This document shows positions 57,020-64,000 of a stretch of 64,000 bases of DNA, in pieces. Under the pieces are notes generated by a model. The model saw nothing but the letters and a program-made list of their open reading frames with translations. It was not told the DNA's origin and made no database searches. This stretch comes from a virus (Duplodnaviria > Caudoviricetes): positions 20,697 through 84,696 of IMG/VR virus record IMGVR_UViG_3300020045_006302, one strand, 5' to 3'. The position numbers and the translations under genes were made by a program. Position 1 is the stretch's first letter; every line of letters starts with the position of its first letter.

Positions 57020-57059
57020 AAGCTATTAAAAATTTAGCAATTCAAGCTATTAAAAATTT
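57020..57059 (+). repeat. 16-bp direct repeat AAGCTATTAAAAATTT x2, 24-bp period
   Basis: Copies at 57020-35 and 57044-59, abutting the RNAP stop. Confidence 0.75.
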
Positions 57060-57061
57060 GA

Positions 57062-60000
57062 CTATTCAAAGGTCTGTACCGAACTGTTTATAAACCTATA
57101 ACCTTGGTTCAGGAATGGTACTATACGACCTGTAGAATGGCTTAACTTGCTATCTCCGGCATATTCTCCCGTTTTGTAATTATCGTCGCCTGTAACGGCT
57201 GTAATGACGTCGCCAGTCCACTTAATTGTGTTATCTACTAAAGATAATGCTGGAATTACATCTTTAAATATTTTTCTTCCTTCTGCAGGATTTACATATA
57301 ATAGCATATCTGTTCTTAGTCTTAATCCTTGATTAAATAATACATTGTAAGCATAATTTTCTTCATCATCATCACCTTTTAATACTGCTCCTAATGCAAG
57401 TAGTAATAATTGTGCATTAATAACTAAAGTAATTTCCATTGATAATCTTCTTAAGTTTGCAGCATCTACTTGACTTAAATTTAGATTATTGAAATCTGTA
57501 TTTTTAAATATAGTACCAAATGAATTATTTTTTATTACTGATTTTAATATACTTCCATATAAATTTAATGTATTTTTATCTAATTTAGTATTTTCTGCTA
57601 AACTTCTATATCTACCTTTTACTTGTAAATCTAATAAATGGTCTGTACGTTCTTTACCAAACCTTACAATTATAGCATCTACTAACCAACTTCTAAACTG
57701 TATTACTGCTCTACCTAAAATATTTCTTTTTATTCTCGGAGAAGAAGATGGGTCATAATTACCATGTATTCTTTTAGCTATAGCTTGGTCTACTTTAATA
57801 CGAGTTTTTGTTATTAATTCTTTTGGTTCTTCTCCGTATTTTTCTGTATTCCAATTTCCTTCACTATCAAAACCTTCATATAAATTAATTTCTCCATCTT
57901 TAGTAGTAGTTTTAGTATTAAGCATTATTGCTATCATTACAGGAGCCTGATTTACATATTCAGTTGACCTATATATTTGATAAGGATTTAATGCTTGTGC
58001 TTTTTTCTTAAGCATACTTGTATTACTATTTACATTAAATTCTTCTGTAGCATCTTTAAGTGTATTCCAATTGTACATTAAATTTGTTATTTTATTTGCA
58101 TCTCCTAATTGTAAATTATTAAAAGAAACATTTTTAGCAATACTTGCTGATACTAATTTATATGCCGTTAACATTTGATTAGTACTAAATAACTCATTTC
58201 CTGCTCCTTCTACAATATTAGATATAAATCCAAATCCTGCATTAGATACACCTCCTAAAAAGTTCCAACCCATTCCTAATAGTTGAAAATATTTTAATAC
58301 ATTATCTCCATATTTAGAATATACTCTATTACTTCCTAATTGAGATTTTTGTACTTGTAAAGAATTTTTAGTAGTATCATATTCTATTTGAGATATTTCT
58401 TTATTAGCTAATGAAGTTTCTAATTGTTCTATTACGGTATCAATTTCTTTTATTTTATTTTTTTCTTCATTAGTATAAGTTTTACTTCCTATTCCTTCCT
58501 CTTCTTTACCACTATTATAATAATTTAAGTCCATAAAATGTTGAAGCATTTTCTTCATATTTATAAAACTTTCTTCAATAGGTTTTTGATGTATTTCATT
58601 ATTACCTGAAATTGTAATAGCTGTTCCATCTCCACGTCTATTTACTTCTTTCATTGTATCAATAATAGATTTAGCCATTTTTACATTACCTTCTATTTCT
58701 GATTTATGTTTATAAGCAAGTGAAGTAATAGAAAATAATTTAAGTATTTTAGGTAAATCAGTTGCATTATCTTTTGTAAGTTCTGCAATTTTATCTAATC
58801 TCCATTCTTCTAACATTTCTACTGGAGCAGGTTCTCTATTCTCTATTTGATATTTAGCAGCTTGTAATGCTATATAATCATTTATTTCTTTATAATGGTT
58901 TTTAATCATTCCTACTCTCATTTGTTTAAGAGGTTTTTGAGTAAGAGGGTCTATATCAACTACAGCGTTACTTCCATAATTAGATTGTGTAGATTTTACT
59001 AATGCATCATTTATTACTCCAAATCCGGCTTTTAATCCTCCATCAAAGAATTGATTTATTACTGATTTCTCTAATTCAGGTAATCCATTATATGCTAATT
59101 GTTTTTGTTGTTCTTCTGATAAGAAACTTGTTAATTGTTTTAATGAATTATTAAATGTATTATAGAATTGTATAAAATCTGTATCAGCTTCTATTCTTTC
59201 AAATCTTTTATCTTTTTTATCTTCATTACCAATAACTTCATAATAATTTTGAGAATTAAAGTTATCTAATTGTGATAAATAAGAAGGAGAACCTTCTTTA
59301 ATAAAAGTTGCTAATTTATATGGACTATTTTGATTTATCCATCTTGAATATAAAGAACTTGCATTTACATCATTAGATATATCTGCTGCTTTTGCTAATC
59401 CAAATCTTCCTATTAAATATTCTATTTGTGCATCTAATGCATTTTTATAATTATCTATTTTTTTCTCTTGTTTAAGTATATAATCATTATAGATAAAATC
59501 TCCTAATTGTTCTTTTAATTTACTTCTATTATTTTCAACAGCTTTAGTTATTTTTCCATTCTCAGGAAAATAATCTTGTAGATTTATATCTAAAGTATTT
59601 TTCTTAAGCCAATTAATATATGCTACGAAATTTATAGGATTTCTTTCTTCGTTTAAGTTACTTAATGCTCTATTCCTTTCCCTATAGAAAGAACTTCCAA
59701 ATGGTTTAATTATGTGATTATTAAATCTTCCTTTTTCATCTGTCTGTAGAAATATACTAAATGGATTTTTATTATCTATTACTTTAAGTTTTTCAATAAC
59801 TTTATCTGTAACTCCATCTATATTCTTTAATATTTTTCTACTTTCGTCTTCTGTTTTAATATTAGCTTCTTTTAAATCTATCATTAATGAACTTAATAAT
59901 TCATTTCCTGATGAACTTATATCTGTAAATAAAGAAGCTAATTCACTTTCATCTTTATATTTATCAAATATATCAGATATTGTTATATCTTTACCAGTTT

Positions 60001-63000
60001 TTTGTTTTACATATTCTTGTAGATATTTATTTTTAATTTGTAATAATTTCTGTTCTGCTGAATATGCTTTACTTTCTAAATCTCCATACATATTATTTAA
60101 TAATTCAGAACCAAAATGTTTATCTTGAAATACTCTTTGTTTAGCTACTTTCCAAAATTGTACTGTACTATCTATAAAATTAATATCCTCAATACTTAAT
60201 GTACGTTTAAACATTTCTTGTATTTTAGCTAATTCCTGTTCTCCGTATGCATGTAAATCTACTAACTTAGGTAAATCATTTACTTTACGTAATTTTTCTC
60301 TTTCTACTACTAAGTCATTTTCTAAAGTTGTAATTTTAGCGAAATCTTCTTTTGCTTTTGCATTATTAAGATTTTTTCTAATCTCACGTATTCTATAATT
60401 AATTACATCTAAGTAATTTTTATAATAACCCTTTTCTTGTTCTGTAGCAGAAGATGCATCTACATTTATACTATTTAATACTTCTAAATCTGAATAAGTT
60501 TTATATTGTACATCTACAAAGTTATTAATTTGTGTAGCAATTAAATTGGCTAAATTTTTATTAATAAATGTTACAATTTCTTTTGCATTTTCTTTTTCTA
60601 CATAATCATCATTTTCATCTACTAATCTAAATTTGTTATCAATATATTCTTTAGTTCTTACGTACTTAGGAACTGTTACTTCTTTTTGTAAATTTCTATT
60701 TACTTTTTCAAATAACTGGATAGTTTCATGTAAAACTCCTTCTAAATTACTATCTGAAATTACTCCTAATGATACTAATAAATCTTTAATTCTTTTAATA
60801 AATCTTGACCATAATGAAGTATTTTCATTTTTAAGATTATTAAGTATATTTTGAAATTCTTTATTAGTAATAGCATTAGCTACAAATTCATCTAATGATG
60901 TTACATTATACATTAATCTTTCAGTAGCATTTAATGCTTTACCTGTAGACATTTTATTTAGTAACTTATCATAAGCTTCTTGTCCATATTTAGATATTAA
61001 AGCTTTTTTAGTATCTTCTCTTAAAGCTTCTAATCTTTTAGTATGTACTGTATTCTTTTTTAATTCTTGTCTTAGTACTCCATGTATCATTTCTTCTAAT
61101 AATACACGTTGCATTTCATTTTCTCCTTTTATATTATTAGGATTAATTTCTATTCTTACAGGACGTCCTTTTAATTTAGAAGTATAAGTTGCACCTTTAG
61201 CATTTAGATTATTATTTAAATATATAGAAGTTTCTGCTAAATATGGAACTATAGGCATTAATTTATTTGCCATATATGATAATATACTATCACTACTATC
61301 TGAAATATTAGTTAGTATATTAGTATATTTACTTTCATTACTACTATTATTATCTGTTAATGAATATTTATCCTCTAAAGAATTACTTTCATTATATAAT
61401 CTATCTCCTATTGCATTTGTATCTAAATTTAAAAATTGATATACTTCATTTATTGTATTCGGTATATAAGTACTAACTGACTGTTCTTGTATAGGGAAAG
61501 CTTGAGAAGCTTGAGGTAAATAATTATAATTATCTGCTGTATTAGCATATATTACAGTTCTTGCTGCAAATTCTGCATTTAAATCATATTCATTCATTAC
61601 ATCATTACCTAATGTATCAATCTGATGATAAACTCCATTATAATCTTTATATACATCATAACCCTTTCTACTATTCACAGAAGGTATTGTAATTATATTA
61701 GGAAAATATGTAGTATCTACTCCTTCATTAAATATTAATACTCCATCTTCAATCCTTTCTATAGATTCCATAAATACACTTTTATAATACTTTTCAGGAT
61801 TATGTTGTATATGTTGAGTTAAGAAATTATTAAAATGTTGATTTACATTTACACTTTTTCCTTCTATATAAGAATTTTTAATACTTTCATAATATCCTAT
61901 ATCTTTTAAATATGTAACAGGTATAAATTTAATTAATTGTGTACCTTTTTGTACTCCTCCTGTTATACCTTGATGTATAATTAAATTATCAATAACATCT
62001 TTAGTAGTCGTAGATTTTCCATTATATTCTCCTATATCTTTAGGATTTACAATCATATCTATAATAGTATTAATAATTACTTCTTCTTCTAATTCTTGAG
62101 TTGAAGCATTAATAAAACTAATTGCAGTAGGAACTTTACCTGAAACATCTATAGGAGCATTAAATTCTCCTACTTGTATTCTATCTATAAAAGGATTTAA
62201 TAAATTAGGTTTTTTCTTCATTTCACTTATTATAGTTCCAAGTGATTTATGAGTTTCTGTATCTAATAATAAATCTTCTTTAGCTTCAGTTATAGTATTA
62301 TATTTATTAAATAATTGATAAGTATTAGAAGATATATATCCTTTATATTCTAAGAATGTTTTTTGTAATTCTTCTGCTCTTGTAGATATTAAACTTGATG
62401 ATGTAGTTAATGATACTATATTATTTAATGTAGTATTTAAAAATCCTTTATTATAAGGAAAATAATTACTCCATAATTCTGTATTAAATAAATTAGCATA
62501 AACAGCTGCATATCCATTAATAGTTGCAGGTTTAATCATAACATCTTTATATAAATAATACCCATCACGTTTCTTTTCTTCTAAAAAGTCTTTCTGTAAT
62601 TCACTATCTAATTCTAAATATTCTTTATCATTATTATAATAATAATAATCTCCTACAATTTTACTTATGTTACTTATATTACTATTTTGTCCTAATCTTA
62701 ATAATGCATTTGCTTTTTCTATAGAATAAAAACTATTCTTACCAATACCTGCACTATCTACATTTATTGCACTTTGTACAGTTTTAAGTTGTTTACCTTT
62801 TTTAGTTAAATCTTTAAATAATTTCAAAGCTGCTTGTTGGTAATCTCCCTCTAATATATTATCTGCAATATACCTATGCATATCTTTTAATTCTGTATTT
62901 TGTAATAGAATTTCTTCTTCTATCATTAAATCAAAATCTCCATTAAGTAATGCATCTTGTTCTTCTTTATTATCTCTTGTTTTTATATATTCCTTAATTA

Positions 63001-64000
63001 AAGGTTGATTAATAAAAGCAATAGATACTTCCAAAGGCATTCCTGTTTGATTTAATACTCTTAACGCATCTGCTGTATTACTATTAATATTAAGTTTATA
63101 CAATAATTGTTCTTTAGTATCATCTAATGCTACAGATTGAAATTCAGATATATTTTCTGATTTATATCCTCCTTTTGCATCTTTCATATCATTTAAATTA
63201 GTACTTGAATAAGTAGCTAATCTAACCCTAAATGGAATTTGTTTTGCTTTTCCATCTTTATCAAAAACTGTAGTCATAAAGTTAACCGGTGCTGTAACTT
63301 CTTGTAAACTTGCATTAAATACACTATCTAATGAAAATGAACCAACTAATGCTTTACCTGCACGAGAACTAAAATATCTATATGATTGATAATCTTCTGA
63401 TAAAGGTGTCCATTTATTATCTTCTATAGGATAATAAACATTTTTTACTATATCTTGTAGAGTATCAAATCCTAATGCTTTTGCTCTTTGTGATTGTACT
63501 TCTATAGCAGGATTTTCTAATACAGCTTTAGTATATTTTAATATATTATTTTGATATACCATTTCTTGTCCTCTAAAGATATTTTTACCTTCTATACTTT
63601 CTTGAGTAATAGCTGATAGTTTACCTTCTTTATCTACAAAAGTATTATACATTTGAGTATATAATTTATCTACGTCAAAATCTGAACCCATTTGAGTTAC
63701 AAAATCTTTAGAAGCTACTATTATATCTCCCATATACTTAGGGGTAAATCCTACCACTTTAATTAAACTCATTGAATTTAATCCCTGTGTTGGTATTCTA
63801 AATCCAAATATTTCTAATAATTCAGGAGATATTTTATCTGTATCTAAATATCCATCTTTAATATATTTATCTAATTTAAGTAAACTACCTTTATTATCCC
63901 AAAATTTAAATGGTAATAAAACTTCTGAATATTTTATAGTTCCATCTTCATTTCTTGTTGTTTTTAATGTACCATCCCAATCCTTAGTAGTTATTAATTT
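57062..64000 (-). CDS. Giant virion RNA polymerase / ejection polyprotein (beta-prime-like catalytic region, zincin-like domain, long helical C-terminus); 5'-truncated by the window
   Basis: Frame stays open from 63772 to the window edge (FGFRIPTQGLNSM); catalytic GSDFDVDKLY at 63668-82; zincin-like EEMIH at 61082-96. Confidence 0.88.
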   Translation of the reverse strand, partial: KLITTKDWDGTLKTTRNEDGTIKYSEVLLPFKFWDNKGSLLKLDKYIKDGYLDTDKISPELLEIFGFRIPTQGLNSMSLIKVVGFTPKYMGDIIVASKDFVTQMGSDFDVDKLYTQMYNTFVDKEGKLSAITQESIEGKNIFRGQEMVYQNNILKYTKAVLENPAIEVQSQRAKALGFDTLQDIVKNVYYPIEDNKWTPLSEDYQSYRYFSSRAGKALVGSFSLDSVFNASLQEVTAPVNFMTTVFDKDGKAKQIPFRVRLATYSSTNLNDMKDAKGGYKSENISEFQSVALDDTKEQLLYKLNINSNTADALRVLNQTGMPLEVSIAFINQPLIKEYIKTRDNKEEQDALLNGDFDLMIEEEILLQNTELKDMHRYIADNILEGDYQQAALKLFKDLTKKGKQLKTVQSAINVDSAGIGKNSFYSIEKANALLRLGQNSNISNISKIVGDYYYYNNDKEYLELDSELQKDFLEEKKRDGYYLYKDVMIKPATINGYAAVYANLFNTELWSNYFPYNKGFLNTTLNNIVSLTTSSSLISTRAEELQKTFLEYKGYISSNTYQLFNKYNTITEAKEDLLLDTETHKSLGTIISEMKKKPNLLNPFIDRIQVGEFNAPIDVSGKVPTAISFINASTQELEEEVIINTIIDMIVNPKDIGEYNGKSTTTKDVIDNLIIHQGITGGVQKGTQLIKFIPVTYLKDIGYYESIKNSYIEGKSVNVNQHFNNFLTQHIQHNPEKYYKSVFMESIERIEDGVLIFNEGVDTTYFPNIITIPSVNSRKGYDVYKDYNGVYHQIDTLGNDVMNEYDLNAEFAARTVIYANTADNYNYLPQASQAFPIQEQSVSTYIPNTINEVYQFLNLDTNAIGDRLYNESNSLEDKYSLTDNNSSNESKYTNILTNISDSSDSILSYMANKLMPIVPYLAETSIYLNNNLNAKGATYTSKLKGRPVRIEINPNNIKGENEMQRVLLEEMIHGVLRQELKKNTVHTKRLEALREDTKKALISKYGQEAYDKLLNKMSTGKALNATERLMYNVTSLDEFVANAITNKEFQNILNNLKNENTSLWSRFIKRIKDLLVSLGVISDSNLEGVLHETIQLFEKVNRNLQKEVTVPKYVRTKEYIDNKFRLVDENDDYVEKENAKEIVTFINKNLANLIATQINNFVDVQYKTYSDLEVLNSINVDASSATEQEKGYYKNYLDVINYRIREIRKNLNNAKAKEDFAKITTLENDLVVEREKLRKVNDLPKLVDLHAYGEQELAKIQEMFKRTLSIEDINFIDSTVQFWKVAKQRVFQDKHFGSELLNNMYGDLESKAYSAEQKLLQIKNKYLQEYVKQKTGKDITISDIFDKYKDESELASLFTDISSSGNELLSSLMIDLKEANIKTEDESRKILKNIDGVTDKVIEKLKVIDNKNPFSIFLQTDEKGRFNNHIIKPFGSSFYRERNRALSNLNEERNPINFVAYINWLKKNTLDINLQDYFPENGKITKAVENNRSKLKEQLGDFIYNDYILKQEKKIDNYKNALDAQIEYLIGRFGLAKAADISNDVNASSLYSRWINQNSPYKLATFIKEGSPSYLSQLDNFNSQNYYEVIGNEDKKDKRFERIEADTDFIQFYNTFNNSLKQLTSFLSEEQQKQLAYNGLPELEKSVINQFFDGGLKAGFGVINDALVKSTQSNYGSNAVVDIDPLTQKPLKQMRVGMIKNHYKEINDYIALQAAKYQIENREPAPVEMLEEWRLDKIAELTKDNATDLPKILKLFSITSLAYKHKSEIEGNVKMAKSIIDTMKEVNRRGDGTAITISGNNEIHQKPIEESFINMKKMLQHFMDLNYYNSGKEEEGIGSKTYTNEEKNKIKEIDTVIEQLETSLANKEISQIEYDTTKNSLQVQKSQLGSNRVYSKYGDNVLKYFQLLGMGWNFLGGVSNAGFGFISNIVEGAGNELFSTNQMLTAYKLVSASIAKNVSFNNLQLGDANKITNLMYNWNTLKDATEEFNVNSNTSMLKKKAQALNPYQIYRSTEYVNQAPVMIAIMLNTKTTTKDGEINLYEGFDSEGNWNTEKYGEEPKELITKTRIKVDQAIAKRIHGNYDPSSSPRIKRNILGRAVIQFRSWLVDAIIVRFGKERTDHLLDLQVKGRYRSLAENTKLDKNTLNLYGSILKSVIKNNSFGTIFKNTDFNNLNLSQVDAANLRRLSMEITLVINAQLLLLALGAVLKGDDDEENYAYNVLFNQGLRLRTDMLLYVNPAEGRKIFKDVIPALSLVDNTIKWTGDVITAVTGDDNYKTGEYAGDSKLSHSTGRIVPFLNQGYRFINSSVQTFE
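59677..59698 (+). repeat. 22-bp dispersed motif copy (TTTCCCTATAGAAAGAACTTCC)
   Basis: Inside the RNAP gene. Confidence 0.88.
61478..61499 (-). repeat. 22-bp dispersed motif copy (TTTCCCTATACAAGAACAGTCA)
   Basis: Inside the RNAP gene; inverted relative to the copy at 59677. Confidence 0.85.

Noticed and set aside
5949-57232. Diversity-generating retroelement as the cause of the recoded patches
   Set aside because: No reverse transcriptase or template repeat in the window; changes are synonymous and include T-to-C, not adenine-specific
2997-60854. Short antisense ORFs in the track (e.g. 2997, 4310, 6022, 8392, 13043, 14384, 20191, 28023, 33239, 36376, 37467, 57489, 60633)
   Set aside because: Shadow frames of real genes, with Leu/Phe/Ile-rich composition expected from the complementary strand and no motifs
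1-64000. Stop-codon reassignment (TAG or TGA), common in crAss-like phages
   Set aside because: Core genes, including the >2300-aa RNAP, are uninterrupted in code 11, and TAG is used as a real stop (16075, 25453, 57062)
1-64000. tRNA genes, CRISPR arrays, integrase or prophage boundaries
   Set aside because: No cloverleaf or T-loop signature, no regularly spaced repeat-spacer array and no recombinase motif seen by eye; a tRNAscan run would be needed to exclude atypical tRNAs

Overview
This window is a 64-kb slice of an AT-rich, standard-code crAss-like (Crassvirales-type) phage genome, probably from a Bacteroidota/Flavobacteriaceae host. No integrase, tRNA, CRISPR array or reverse transcriptase is seen. 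It has three blocks. (1) 1-18.6 kb, minus strand: virion/packaging arm (HU-like, PD-(D/E)XK nuclease, degenerate HAD, TerL, portal, scaffold-like, MCP, ring protein, auxiliary capsid, tail fibres, holin-like). (2) 19.8-57 kb, plus strand: small accessory ORFs, then replication, recombination and nucleotide genes (exonuclease, Dda-like and SF2 helicases, PolA, RecT-like, SSB-like, primase, ligase, rIIA-like, dNMP kinase, MazG-like, ThyX, DUF932), ending in candidate anti-defence genes. (3) 57-64 kb, minus strand: a giant virion RNA polymerase gene that runs off the right edge. The signals not explained by the gene list are: a 22-bp asymmetric motif (YTTCCCWMTASAARRAYNNTCM) in at least 13 copies, in both orientations, inside and between genes, often as inverted pairs; a complete type II hammerhead ribozyme between two genes; a signal peptide plus T9SS sorting domain with no cargo; two mirror-image G-free non-coding tracts heading the two transcription arms; and short sharply bounded patches of synonymous GC3-rich recoding in conserved genes. 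All product calls come from motif recognition by eye, with no database searches.
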